Assembly (NCBI GenBank): GCA_016711485.1
Contig: JADJSX010000013.1
Location: 86,889 to 150,888, forward strand
DNA: 64,000 nt
Reading direction: 5' to 3'
Origin: Leptospiraceae bacterium
Lineage (GTDB): Bacteria; Spirochaetota; Leptospiria; Leptospirales; Leptospiraceae
Position 1 is the stretch's first letter; every line of letters starts with the position of its first letter. Positions 1 through 10,346 of the stretch are shown one piece after another. Under the pieces are notes generated by a model. That model saw only the letters and a program-made list of their open reading frames with translations, made no database searches and was not told the origin of the DNA. Made by a program: the position numbers and the translations under genes.

Positions 1-502
1 CTCCTAAGTCCGCAAGAAGTTTTTCTGTGATATTGTAATAGGCAAAACCACAAATCAAAGTCACTAGTATAACCGAAGCGATCAAATTATAATACTGGGT
101 AATCGACACTCCTGTCTGAAAATAAAGTCCTATTAGAATACAAATGAGTGCTCCTAGATACGCTATCATTGCCGGGAAGGAATGAATATAGGCTAGATCG
201 GAATAACGATGATATGCCGCACGATACGTTTCAGGTTTGACTTCTTTACCTGATGACAACTCTTCAAAGTAAATATCAAATGGTTTTAGAAATTTAATAT
301 TCTGAAAGACTATGAAAGTAAAACTCGTAGGTACTGTGAATGCACAGACTTTTAATACAACCATTGTCAGCTCTTCGGAAAATTCTCCCAGATAGAATAT
401 GAAGAATAAAATAATTGGAACCGTTATTAGATATCCAAACCCTTCCGTGTAGAGCCAATACTTACGTTTAAAGTCATTATATAAATTTGTATAATCTTTC
501 AT
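1..502 (-). CDS. partial CDS (N-terminal ~167 codons, continues beyond the window edge): predicted membrane protein, family unknown
   Basis: Minus-strand ATG at 500-502 (MKDYTNLYNDFKRKYW...) and open to coordinate 1. Hydrophobic stretches IITVPIILFFIFYL and IAYLGALICILIGLYF. Absent from the ORF track because it is truncated. Confidence 0.45.
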   Translation of the reverse strand, partial: MKDYTNLYNDFKRKYWLYTEGFGYLITVPIILFFIFYLGEFSEELTMVVLKVCAFTVPTSFTFIVFQNIKFLKPFDIYFEELSSGKEVKPETYRAAYHRYSDLAYIHSFPAMIAYLGALICILIGLYFQTGVSITQYYNLIASVILVTLICGFAYYNITEKLLADLG

Positions 503-760
503 TTGGTTTGCCTTTTTAGCAAAGTGTCTATTTGCTTTTATTGAAGAGTTTTTATTTGCTTACTTTCCTTCAAGTAAAATTTGTTTTCGTTTCAATAACT
601 GAAGTTTGCAGTGATGGAGTAAGAAGAATTTCATTAAATACTTGAGATAATTTTTCCACTTATATCAATACATCTATTTATGAAAGAAACATCATCCATT
701 TTTGCTTTAAACCTTTAATCTGTTGGATATATGGAAAAGTAATTATCGAAAAGTTGAATA

Positions 761-813
761 CCATTAACCATTAACCATTAACCATTAACCATTAACCATT
801 AACCATTAACCAT
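761..813. repeat. heptanucleotide tandem repeat (CCATTAA) x ~7.5
   Basis: Read directly: ccattaa repeated seven times plus ccat. It spans the TAA stop (806-808) of the cyclase gene and lies ~260 bp upstream of the ATG of the neighbouring minus-strand gene. Confidence 0.9.
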
Positions 814-3800
814 ATATTTCCCAAAACTTCCCATTCGGCATTAGCCCCTCTTCGTCTTTGGAAAATTCAGGTTTGATGCGATTTAGATAATACATCTTAA
901 CCACACCTTTGTTCTTAGCGGAGACTTCTCCTCGATACTCGCAATCGAAAAGGTCTTTTACAACTTCATAAGTTGAGTAGCTAATATTAATTCGCCCTGG
1001 AGTACCACTTGACTCCATACGACTTGCAGTGTTCACCGTATCCCCCCAAACATCGTATGCAAACTTGCGCTCTCCAATTACACCGGCAATGAGAGGTCCT
1101 GTATGGATACCAAGTCGTAACTCCCAGTAGGGAAATCCCATGTCTTCTTTTAACTTCTTCATCATATTCATAAATGATTGAATTTCCAAAGCCGCAAGAC
1201 AACAATCAATCGCATGAGTCGTATTTCGCCTTGGAATTCCACCCGCGCACATATAGCTATCGCCTATCGTTTTTAGTTTTTCTAAATTGAATCTCTCGCT
1301 TATCTTATCAAATTGAACAAAACATGCATCTAAGTCCTTGATTAGTTCCTGTGGAGTTAATGTTTCTGCAATCGTTGTAAATCCTTTGAAGTCAGTAAAC
1401 ATCACACTTACATTTTCAAATAATACTGGCTCTGCAAATCCTTTTTCTTTTAATTCGGCTGCTACATCTTTCGGGAGGATATTTAGGAGTAACTTCTCGG
1501 ATTTGTTACGCTCTGACTCTGCGGCTTCCAATAAAAAGGAATTATTTACGGCTAATGCTAATTGTTCACAGAGAGATTCAACAAATCGGATTTCATCATC
1601 CTTAAGTTTCTTCATTCCCCCAAACTTACCGATACTCATAATTCCAATTACTTCGTCGTTTACAAGAAGTGGAATCAAAAATACGAAATCAGTTTGAAAA
1701 TCCTTTTCCACCATTTTGTCTAGTTCGGATTTTCTATTCTCTCCAATTATTTTTATATTTTTTAGATACAAAGTTTTTTTACTTGTATATGTTAAATACA
1801 AACTACCCGATTCAGGAATGAGCGGAACTCTTAGTTTATTATATTTTTTCAATAAATCACTGTCAGTTCCCGAAATACATCTAGTAAACAATTCATTTTT
1901 TGTCTTGTCCACTAATTGCAGTTGAAATATATCTGTTTCTATTTTATTAGAAAGATTTTCCACTGCATGACTGAAAATTATATCTAAGTTATTAAAAGAA
2001 TTAATCACTTTGGAAAATTCATTTAGAAATTCAATTTGGGCTTTCGACTTTTCGGATTCTAATTGCGCCGCTAATGCTTTCTCTTTTTCTTCCTGCACCA
2101 GTTTGAATAGTGTCGCGCCTTGGATAACACCGGCAAGCTGTTCGGCTAATAGTGATAATTCGGTAATTTCTTCTTCTCTTAGACGGACAGATTCTATACT
2201 AAATAAATCGAGTGTGCCTATCGGGTTATTTTGCAAAATAATAGGAAGAGTCAGAAAAGATTTGTGTTTTAATACTGTTTGCATTGCCTTGCCACTTTCT
2301 GTTTTAACTTCTGCTTCTGCATCAGGGATAAAAATAGGGCTCTTTAAAATCAGTGCCCTCGAGTGAATACTATCAATATTCTTTGATGCTAAAGAAAGAA
2401 CACTGGAGCTAATCATCTTTTTGTGCTCAGGTGTAACGTAATCAGGAACAACTGCATTTGCAAATTTCAAAACATTCTCTTTTGGGTCTAGTGTGAATAA
2501 ACTATAATACGGTAAATTGTAATTATCCTTAACATAGGAAAGAATTATTTTCATTATCTCTTCCAAGTCAGAGGTTTCATTTACCTTTTTGATTAATAAA
2601 TTCAAGTCTTCCGTTTTCTGTTTGGCTTTTTCAACTTCTAACTTAGCGATTACACTTATACCACGTTCAATTTCTGCTTCGATTCGTGCGGTATCAGCTT
2701 GCGACTTTGCCTTTTCCATTTCTGCCAGTAGATTCGAATTATAGATTGCTCCTGTTAGCTGATCTGCAATTGTTTCTAATGTTGTAATTTCAGATTCTTT
2801 CAAATCCAGAATACGATCATAATTACCAAATCCTAATATTCCAATTACATCCCTCTTTAAAAGCAAAGGGATTAGTAAGGCGGACTTTAATTTATTAAAA
2901 TCAATGAGTTTCTTTTCCATTTCATTGATAGATTCCGTTAGTTCTTTTGTATAGAGAGTTTCTTTTGTTTGATAGACATATCCCAAGGCATGATCTATTT
3001 TCTCTAAACTAAATTCATAATTCAAAAGTTCTGATTCAGTTAAGGTTACATGATCCTTAACTGTGTTCGAAATATGATTTAATACAATTATATTTTTTTG
3101 ATTTTCAACTAGATACAAAGCACAAAGATCTATTCCAAAACTTTGATTCACAAATCCCATTGCTAAGTCTAAAATCCCTTTTATATTTAGATTGGAATTT
3201 ACAGATTTGGATATTTCGTTTAGTGTTTCCGTTTCCTGTTTTGCAATTACTGCCTTTTCTTTCGCTTTCTCGACTTGTTGTAGCAAATGATTCGTATCCA
3301 CTGAGCTTGCAATTTGAGAACATAGATTGGAGATTTTATGAATATCCATTTTAGAAAGTTTCATTTCCTTTTCAAAATTGGAAAAAGAAAATATTCCTAC
3401 ACATTCGTCTTTTCGCACGAGTGGGACTTGTAGAAACGAAACTATAGACAGTTTTTCAACTATTTCTTTATCAATTCCGAATTCAAATTTAGGAATTTTT
3501 CCCAAAAAGAATGGCTTCTTTCTTTGAAATGTTTTATATAACATTCCACCTTCATTTTCCTTCATCGGAACTTTTCTATTCATCAGGTAATCATATTTAT
3601 CCGCAGGAAGTTTGTTATAACTATAAATTTTAAAAGCGGATAAATACTCCCTCTTCTCATCCGGTAAAAATAACCATATCGCAGTAATTCCAAATTTATG
3701 ATAAAAGTATTTGGAAATTTCTGTGAAGATACTATTCAAATCAGATAGAGAATTTACAAGATGAGAAAATGTATTAAGCTCTTCGATTTCTTTTTTGGTT

Positions 3801-5737
3801 TCGGTTAATTCAATATAAGCTTGTCGTCTTTCCTCGGATTCAAAAAGACTTGCCAAAATATTTGCAAGGGAAGAAACAAAGTTTTCCTCATCGACAGTCC
3901 AATCTTTTTTTATTTCTATTTTTTCGCAGGAGATAACTCCTATTATTTTACCGCCAGAGCGAATCGGCGAGTCAAGAGCAGATTGTATTTTTAAAATTGT
4001 GTGATAGTCTTCATTGAACTCCATTATACCTGAATGCGTATATACGTCACTCGCCGAGAGTATGTCTTCTTCTTTTAGATACTGAAAGTATTTTGGAAAA
4101 TTAGAAAATAAAAAGTGCACACCTTGTTCATGTTTATTTTCTCTGGCAGTAAATAAATCGATACTCTTTAATTCATTTTTTACATCTTCGAGTTTCCAAA
4201 TACTAACTCTGTCTATATTTAAAATTTCGCAGCATCTCTCAGTAATCTCTCTTAATGCAGCCTCAAAACCAAAAAGCTCATTTGTTTTACTTTTACTTAA
4301 TTCTAATAGACGTTGGCTGTATTTTTCTTTTTCTCTCACACCATCAGAAATTTTACTTTCCAAACTTTGGGTTAATACCTGTAAGTCGTCACTTAGTTTT
4401 TCTGCTACTTCAAATCCACCTGCAAAACGACGGGAGAGGATGATTGATTGCATAAAAATAAATGCTACGAAACCATACTGCACTAGAAGCGGTGATACTA
4501 TCAGACTCATTCCATTCAAAATATCATTAACAACAGTAAGAGCAAATATTGCCCAACTGACTAATATTAATTTTGCGCCTGGCAGACGTTGGACTGCGGA
4601 AAAGATTTGCACTTTGAAAATATAAACTATTGATAACAATACAGTAATCTGTGCGGGTAATAATGTATATGCGTATATTTTTAAAGGAAATAAAATTACG
4701 ATGGCAGATAATGGAAAAAGAATAAAACTTAAAACTCGAATCCATTTTTTTTCGAATTCAGTCGGAAACAAGGAATGGATGTATTGGGCAAATACATAGC
4801 TACCGTAATAAAAAGCAAAATATTCAAACTTGTGCATGATTAAAAAAGACAGGTTCGGTACAATATCTAAAATTACCGATTCATCCAAACTAGAAGTTCG
4901 AATAGCAAATAGAATACAGAATAGTCCAAAGTATAAGGCTGTCTTATCTTTTTTTCGATTCAAATACAATCCAAGATGGTAAAGTCCCATCATAAGAAGA
5001 GAAGCAATTACGAATAAATCGAGAATTAACTTTTGTTTGGCATGCTTTTCAATTTCTATAGTAGAACCAAGTTTAAAAGGTAACCATAACCCAGACATTA
5101 TATGATGAAAATTTGATACATGCACAAGGATTTCAATTTCGTTTTTATCGGGAATCCGAGGAAGGCGCGAAAGCGTTTTCGCGCCTTCCTCGGATTCGAA
5201 ATTATATAAAAATCCATCAATCGGAAAATGGCGATACTGCCGAAATGGAACCGAATCCTCTTTGGACATCCCAACCTTTCCATTTACAGAGGCAAGTTTT
5301 CCATTGATATACATTTCGTATGATGTTCCTGCGTCGGTCATTGCGATGGATAATCCATGTTCGTGTAGGCGATGCATATATGCGTCACCTACACGAACGG
5401 ATTTTGCGGGAACGAATTCCGGCAATAGCACCCGCAAACGATAAGTTGCATAACCATCGACCGGATAACCATGATTTTGCCATTGGGAGGGAACGGGGAT
5501 GTAATTAGGAACAGACTCTTTCCAATAAAACTCCCATTCTCCATCGAGGTCAATCGTACCACCTTCCATTAACGAGTGGTTTAAACCACTCGTTAATGGA
5601 AGCTCTCGCAAATCCAATACACCTTTCACTGCCTTCGGTGGAATTTTCTTTGACTCTTGCGGATTACAAGAAAAAAGAAAAAGTATAAAAAACAGAAGTA
5701 GAATGTAAATAGAACGGTTCATGGTAATAGTGGACAA
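806..5737 (-). CDS. 7TMR-DISM receptor / multi-GAF / class III adenylate (guanylate) cyclase, 1643 aa
   Basis: Signal peptide, 7TMR-DISMED2-like periplasmic region (LDLRELPL...GEWEFYW), a 7-TM block, several GAF-like modules, and a C-terminal cyclase domain (FTDFKGFT...IGDSYMCAGG...HTGPLIAGVIGERKFAYDVWGDTVNTASRMES). Confidence 0.85.
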   Translation of the reverse strand: MSTITMNRSIYILLLFFILFLFSCNPQESKKIPPKAVKGVLDLRELPLTSGLNHSLMEGGTIDLDGEWEFYWKESVPNYIPVPSQWQNHGYPVDGYATYRLRVLLPEFVPAKSVRVGDAYMHRLHEHGLSIAMTDAGTSYEMYINGKLASVNGKVGMSKEDSVPFRQYRHFPIDGFLYNFESEEGAKTLSRLPRIPDKNEIEILVHVSNFHHIMSGLWLPFKLGSTIEIEKHAKQKLILDLFVIASLLMMGLYHLGLYLNRKKDKTALYFGLFCILFAIRTSSLDESVILDIVPNLSFLIMHKFEYFAFYYGSYVFAQYIHSLFPTEFEKKWIRVLSFILFPLSAIVILFPLKIYAYTLLPAQITVLLSIVYIFKVQIFSAVQRLPGAKLILVSWAIFALTVVNDILNGMSLIVSPLLVQYGFVAFIFMQSIILSRRFAGGFEVAEKLSDDLQVLTQSLESKISDGVREKEKYSQRLLELSKSKTNELFGFEAALREITERCCEILNIDRVSIWKLEDVKNELKSIDLFTARENKHEQGVHFLFSNFPKYFQYLKEEDILSASDVYTHSGIMEFNEDYHTILKIQSALDSPIRSGGKIIGVISCEKIEIKKDWTVDEENFVSSLANILASLFESEERRQAYIELTETKKEIEELNTFSHLVNSLSDLNSIFTEISKYFYHKFGITAIWLFLPDEKREYLSAFKIYSYNKLPADKYDYLMNRKVPMKENEGGMLYKTFQRKKPFFLGKIPKFEFGIDKEIVEKLSIVSFLQVPLVRKDECVGIFSFSNFEKEMKLSKMDIHKISNLCSQIASSVDTNHLLQQVEKAKEKAVIAKQETETLNEISKSVNSNLNIKGILDLAMGFVNQSFGIDLCALYLVENQKNIIVLNHISNTVKDHVTLTESELLNYEFSLEKIDHALGYVYQTKETLYTKELTESINEMEKKLIDFNKLKSALLIPLLLKRDVIGILGFGNYDRILDLKESEITTLETIADQLTGAIYNSNLLAEMEKAKSQADTARIEAEIERGISVIAKLEVEKAKQKTEDLNLLIKKVNETSDLEEIMKIILSYVKDNYNLPYYSLFTLDPKENVLKFANAVVPDYVTPEHKKMISSSVLSLASKNIDSIHSRALILKSPIFIPDAEAEVKTESGKAMQTVLKHKSFLTLPIILQNNPIGTLDLFSIESVRLREEEITELSLLAEQLAGVIQGATLFKLVQEEKEKALAAQLESEKSKAQIEFLNEFSKVINSFNNLDIIFSHAVENLSNKIETDIFQLQLVDKTKNELFTRCISGTDSDLLKKYNKLRVPLIPESGSLYLTYTSKKTLYLKNIKIIGENRKSELDKMVEKDFQTDFVFLIPLLVNDEVIGIMSIGKFGGMKKLKDDEIRFVESLCEQLALAVNNSFLLEAAESERNKSEKLLLNILPKDVAAELKEKGFAEPVLFENVSVMFTDFKGFTTIAETLTPQELIKDLDACFVQFDKISERFNLEKLKTIGDSYMCAGGIPRRNTTHAIDCCLAALEIQSFMNMMKKLKEDMGFPYWELRLGIHTGPLIAGVIGERKFAYDVWGDTVNTASRMESSGTPGRINISYSTYEVVKDLFDCEYRGEVSAKNKGVVKMYYLNRIKPEFSKDEEGLMPNGKFWEIYG

Positions 5738-6034
5738 CTATGTTAGGAATAAGATTTTTTGGCAATATGTTTTAGAGAACTGACTGGGAAAACTGTATTT
5801 TCCCGCATCCAATCAGCAAAGCCCAGATTAAAGAAAGAGAATACTACGAGAAATACACCACCAGTTCGAACAAAGAATTTATCTCGAGTGAGTTACTGTC
5901 TCAAGCGATAACCGCAATATTACAAAACTGCGAATGGGAAAGTTCAAGAGAATAAAAAATGTATCGAAATGCCACTTTATCTAAAAGTTGTTACTTCTAG
6001 TAAACTCAATGTCGCCTCTTTAAGTCACTCCATA

Positions 6035-6180
6035 ATTCTCAGTAACCTTCTTAAGTTGACAGCTTTGCCACTCAACTCCATAGGACTTGCAGTATCACCC
6101 CTGACATAGTAGATAAACTTGCGCTCTCCTATCATACCAGCACACATTAATCTATCGCCTATCTTTTTTCCTCGTGTGGT
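6035..6180 (-). pseudogene. degenerate remnant of a class III nucleotidyl cyclase catalytic domain
   Basis: Minus-strand translation IGDRLMCAGMIGERKFIYYVRGDTASPMELSG matches IGDSYMCAGG...IGERKFAYDVWGDTVNTASRMESSG of the upstream cyclase, with an internal deletion and flanking stops. DNA similarity to 1000-1270 is visible by eye. Confidence 0.5.
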
Positions 6181-6300
6181 TCAAAACATCATTGGATGAA
6201 AAGACATAAGTCCTATTTTGTTTTAAACGTTAAATCTATGAGATAAAATAATGGGCGAAGTTGAATGCGAATTATCCACCAGGCGCCACGAAAGACCTAA

Positions 6301-7404
6301 TTAATCTGAAAAGATCTTTTTAATTTTCTCATTTGTAATCGGTTTGGAGATATAGGAAGTGATAGAATTATAACTCTTTGCTTTTTGAATATCTTCTTTA
6401 TCAATAGATGAGGATAATATTGTTATATCCAATTTAATATTATTTTTTTCCAACTCTTCTACAAATTGCCAACCATTCATTTCAGGCATAAAAATATCTA
6501 AAAACAATTTATCGGGTCTAGTTTCTTCAATTATTTTACTGAGTGCAAAAGCAGGATCATTAAAAACAGAAACATTCATATCTGAGAAGTAATTTGAAAA
6601 AATTTGTTTTGTAATCTTCAACTGAATATCATCATCGTCTACCAAAAATACGGTTTTTATCTGGCTTTTGTTTGATTTTCTAAAACTAAATTCACTTTGT
6701 TCATTGCTATTTAGTAAATCATTGAGTCTTTGGATTATTTCATCTAACTCAAGTGTTGATTTTCCAATATCCTTTAAGGTATCAAGATAACTTTCTGGAT
6801 TATTTTTTGCTATTTCCAAACAACCAAGAATATTTGAGACAGGTCCTCTCAGTAAGTGGGAGTTTATAAAAGAGTAATTTTGAATTTGGGATTGTTTTTC
6901 ATTTGCAGTCTGTTTTAATTTTTCAATGAGAGATTCTAACTCTTCTATCTTAGGAGAATTTTTCCCTTGCAAAAAAAACTCCATGTTTTCTTCCAATTCT
7001 CTCAATTTTAAATTTTTGGAATTATAGATTTGCTGAGTCCGAGACAAACGGACGTTAATCGCATTTAAGAGTTCGGATTTTCTAAATGGTTTCGTTAAAT
7101 AATCATCGGCAGATAAATTCATTCCTTTTCTAAAATCAATTCGGTCTGATTTTCCTGTAAGAAAGATAAATGGAATCGATTTTATTGAATCTATTTTGCG
7201 AATTTCTGTAAGTACCTGAAAACCATTTTTGATTGGCATCGAAATATCACAGAGAATTAAATCTGGAATTTCTTTTTTTGCTAATTCAATTCCATCTTCT
7301 CCATCATTACTGAGTATAACTTGGAAATTATTCATTTGGAGGATATTTTGTATTATCTCCCTCATATCAGCTTCGTCTTCAATAACAAGGATTTTATACT
7401 TCAT
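6301..7404 (-). CDS. response regulator with two receiver (REC) domains flanking a HisKA-like segment, no ATPase domain
   Basis: N-terminal REC (ILVIEDEADMRE...DLILCDISMP...LTGK), a middle segment resembling a phospho-acceptor helix (SHLLRGPVSNILGCLEI), and a C-terminal REC (VFLVDDDDIQL...LDIFMPEMNG). Its start overlaps the upstream gene by 4 bp. Confidence 0.8.
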   Translation of the reverse strand: MKYKILVIEDEADMREIIQNILQMNNFQVILSNDGEDGIELAKKEIPDLILCDISMPIKNGFQVLTEIRKIDSIKSIPFIFLTGKSDRIDFRKGMNLSADDYLTKPFRKSELLNAINVRLSRTQQIYNSKNLKLRELEENMEFFLQGKNSPKIEELESLIEKLKQTANEKQSQIQNYSFINSHLLRGPVSNILGCLEIAKNNPESYLDTLKDIGKSTLELDEIIQRLNDLLNSNEQSEFSFRKSNKSQIKTVFLVDDDDIQLKITKQIFSNYFSDMNVSVFNDPAFALSKIIEETRPDKLFLDIFMPEMNGWQFVEELEKNNIKLDITILSSSIDKEDIQKAKSYNSITSYISKPITNEKIKKIFSD

Positions 7405-9875
7405 GTATCAAATAACCTCTCTACTTGTTTTATTAATTCGTCTGTCCGATAAGGCTTTTGGAGTATTGGAAACTTTTGACCTTTTATTTTTTGGAGATCT
7501 TTGGGAAATCCAGAAGTTAATAATATTTTTATATCAGGAAAATCATTCAAAGCATTCTCAACTAATTTGTTTGTGTCTATACTTCCAGGAAGTAAAACAT
7601 CAGTAAACAGAAGATCAATATCTTTCTCTTCTAAAAGTATTTTAAGTGCCTGGTTCGAGTTTGTAGCTCTTAAAACCATATATCCGGAAAACGTCAAAAT
7701 CGCTTCGATTAAATCCAAGAGACTTTCTTCATCATCCACAACTAAAATTTTTTTAGAATTATTTTTGGGAAGAGCTTTAACACTATTAGCCTCAAATTCC
7801 TGTTCTTCTAAAACTCCAGCCAAAGGAAAAACCAAAGTAACCTCTGTACCTTTGCCTACCTCACTATCAATTCGAATTCCACCATTAGATTGTTCTACAA
7901 AACTATATACATTAGGAAGACCTAATCCAGTTCCCTTTCCATCCGGTTTGGTTGTAAAAAAAGGAATAAATACTTTTTGTATATTTTCTTCACTGATCCC
8001 GATTCCATTATCTTGAACGGAAATTTTAACATAGTCTCCACTTTTGATAGGAAGATTATACTTAAATACATCTTGATCAGAAATAAATTCACTTAATAGT
8101 TTGATATGAATTTTTCCATGTTGCTTAACTGCGTCTCTTGCATTGATACAAAGATTTAAAATTGCATTTTCAAAATCAGTAGGATTACACTTAATTAAAC
8201 TGCTATTTTTATTAATTTCTAATACTAATTCTTGATCAACTAATAACCTTATCAAAATCTCATTCAGATTTTCTAAAATTATCTTTGGGTTAAATACTTC
8301 ACTACCGTCATTTGTTTTTCGAGAAAAGGAAAGTAACTTTTGAGTGATCTCACTACCTCGAAGCGCAGTATTCACAGTTTTTTCAATTCTTTCTATCGCC
8401 AAATTAATGTTACCTTCTTGGAGATTCATTTCTGCGATTTCTAAACTTCCGACAATAATGCCAAGAACGTTGTTAAAATCATGTGCAATCCCGCCCGACA
8501 ACTGACCTAAGGCTTCCATTTTTTGGAAACGTCTTTGCTGTTCTTCTCTGCCTTTTTTTAATTGCATTTCTGCTTTGAACTCTTCTTCTCGCCTGATAGA
8601 ATCAAGAGCAAAGGAAATATCTTCTCCAATTTCATCTAATAGTTTTTCGTATTCTTCTCCAAAAATATTTGCCTCAGAACTATATACCAAGAGAACACCG
8701 ATTATTTTGTCATTGCATCTAAGTGGGATTGTGGATACTGATTTGTAACCCCTCTTTAATGCATCATCGCGCCAGGGCAACACTCTGTTATCCGTTTCAA
8801 TATTTTGGCAAATGATACTATGCCCTTCTCGAATTGAAATTGCTATCGGTCCGTTTTTTGCTTCTTTCTCTAAATCAAGGAGATTGTATTGTTTTAGATA
8901 GCCGCTTTCATGCCCTGCATATGTAGTGGGAGTGACAGTTCTTTTTTCCTCGTCATAAAGCCCTATCCAAGCCATTCTGAATCCACCATGCTCTACAACT
9001 ACTTTGCAAATTTCTTGGAACAGAGGAATTTTTTCTCTCACTTTAACAATAGTTTGATTGATATAACTTAGAGTGGAATAAAGCCTATTCAATTGAAGAA
9101 TTCGGCTTTCGGCTTGTTTGATATCCGTAATGTCTCGCACCAATGCCACTATGAAATGTTCATTATTAATTTTGCAAGATCCTATTCTTACTTCAACAGG
9201 AAATCGAGTTCCAATTTTTTGATAATGATACGAATAATGAGTATATGCCTCTCCTTCTAGAGTCTTATCCCAAATTTCGCGTGATTTCTCCAAATTCAAA
9301 TGCTGATCAATTTGCAAAACATTCATGCCTACTAATTCCGCTCGCGAATATCCCAAACACTCACAAGCGCGACGGTTTACATCAATTATAATTCCTTTAA
9401 AATCGTGCATATAAAAAGCATCTGCCGCTTGTTCGATTAAAGCTTGAAACCGAACTTCCTTTATATATAAATCCGCCTCAAAATTTTTTTTTATCTTACG
9501 ATTTTTTGCTTCATTCAATTCTCTTTCAAGAGCGGGCAAAAATCTAGAAGGATTATCTTTCATGATATAATCATGAATACCCGCTTTCATTGCTTTGACT
9601 GCAACTTCTTCTCCAACAGTCCCCGAAACCATTATGAAAGGAATATCTAATTCATTTTTTTTATAAACATCTAGTACATCTAAACCATTAAATTCACCTA
9701 AGGCATAATCCGTGATGATACAATCCCATTCACTATTTTTCATTTCCTTACTAACAGCGTTTAACGTTTCAACTCGTTTGTATTCTACCTCATATCCACC
9801 GTCTTGTAGAATATTCATTTCGAGTATCGCATCATCTTCGTTATCCTCTACTAGTAAGATCTTTATATTTTTCAT
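7401..9875 (-). CDS. hybrid sensor histidine kinase (REC-PAS-GAF-HisKA-HATPase-REC)
   Basis: N-terminal REC (ILLVEDNEDDA...), H-box IAHDFNNVLGII, ATPase motifs (VQDNGIGIS, GTGLGL), and a C-terminal REC (ILVVDDEESL...TDVLLPG). Confidence 0.85.
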   Translation of the reverse strand: MKNIKILLVEDNEDDAILEMNILQDGGYEVEYKRVETLNAVSKEMKNSEWDCIITDYALGEFNGLDVLDVYKKNELDIPFIMVSGTVGEEVAVKAMKAGIHDYIMKDNPSRFLPALERELNEAKNRKIKKNFEADLYIKEVRFQALIEQAADAFYMHDFKGIIIDVNRRACECLGYSRAELVGMNVLQIDQHLNLEKSREIWDKTLEGEAYTHYSYHYQKIGTRFPVEVRIGSCKINNEHFIVALVRDITDIKQAESRILQLNRLYSTLSYINQTIVKVREKIPLFQEICKVVVEHGGFRMAWIGLYDEEKRTVTPTTYAGHESGYLKQYNLLDLEKEAKNGPIAISIREGHSIICQNIETDNRVLPWRDDALKRGYKSVSTIPLRCNDKIIGVLLVYSSEANIFGEEYEKLLDEIGEDISFALDSIRREEEFKAEMQLKKGREEQQRRFQKMEALGQLSGGIAHDFNNVLGIIVGSLEIAEMNLQEGNINLAIERIEKTVNTALRGSEITQKLLSFSRKTNDGSEVFNPKIILENLNEILIRLLVDQELVLEINKNSSLIKCNPTDFENAILNLCINARDAVKQHGKIHIKLLSEFISDQDVFKYNLPIKSGDYVKISVQDNGIGISEENIQKVFIPFFTTKPDGKGTGLGLPNVYSFVEQSNGGIRIDSEVGKGTEVTLVFPLAGVLEEQEFEANSVKALPKNNSKKILVVDDEESLLDLIEAILTFSGYMVLRATNSNQALKILLEEKDIDLLFTDVLLPGSIDTNKLVENALNDFPDIKILLTSGFPKDLQKIKGQKFPILQKPYRTDELIKQVERLFDT

Positions 9876-9881
9876 TTCATT

Positions 9882-10331
9882 TTACTTGTTATTAGGAAAC
9901 TCGTTTAAAACTAACCAATACAAACCAAGTTGTTTTACGGATTGGGAAAACTGTTCAAAATCGACTGGCTTTTGGATGTAACTATTTACTCCAAGGGAAT
10001 AACTTCGAATCAAGTCTTGTTCCTCCTTTGAAGATGTTAGTATGACAACAGGAATCATTTTGGTCGATTCACTAGTTTTAACTTCTTTTAGGACTTCCAG
10101 TCCATCTACTTTGGGAAGTTTCAGATCGAGCAAAATCAATTGGGGATTAACGGATAAATCTCGATCCTTGTATTTCCCTCGACCAAATAAATAATCGAGA
10201 GCTTCTACTCCATCACTTGCAACAACTATTTCATTGAGAATATTATTATCCTTCAATGCTTCTACTGTTAGTAGCACATCATCAGGATTATCCTCTACAA
10301 GTAAAATTATCTTTTCCGGTTTTGTTTTCAT
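9882..10331 (-). CDS. single-domain CheY-like response regulator receiver
   Basis: IILLVEDNPDDVLL...LILLDLKLPKVDGLEVLKEVK...PVVILTSS. Only 6 bp separates it from the downstream gene. Confidence 0.85.
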   Translation of the reverse strand: MKTKPEKIILLVEDNPDDVLLTVEALKDNNILNEIVVASDGVEALDYLFGRGKYKDRDLSVNPQLILLDLKLPKVDGLEVLKEVKTSESTKMIPVVILTSSKEEQDLIRSYSLGVNSYIQKPVDFEQFSQSVKQLGLYWLVLNEFPNNK

Positions 10332-10346
10332 TGTTTACTCCTTTTG

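Noticed and set aside
987-5508. Many 60-125-aa ORFs on either strand inside the cyclase gene (987..1205, 1338..1697, 1716..1925, 2010..2366, 3105..3354, 4255..4745, 5098..5508)
   Set aside because: They lie entirely within a long, domain-rich ORF. Their translations are low-complexity (Ser/Phe/Leu-rich) with no motifs. They are typical shadow ORFs of an AT-rich gene.
7229-9981. Internal or antisense ORFs in the phosphorelay operon (7229..7606, 7501..8016, 9712..9981)
   Set aside because: They are antisense to well-supported kinase and regulator genes and have no motifs.
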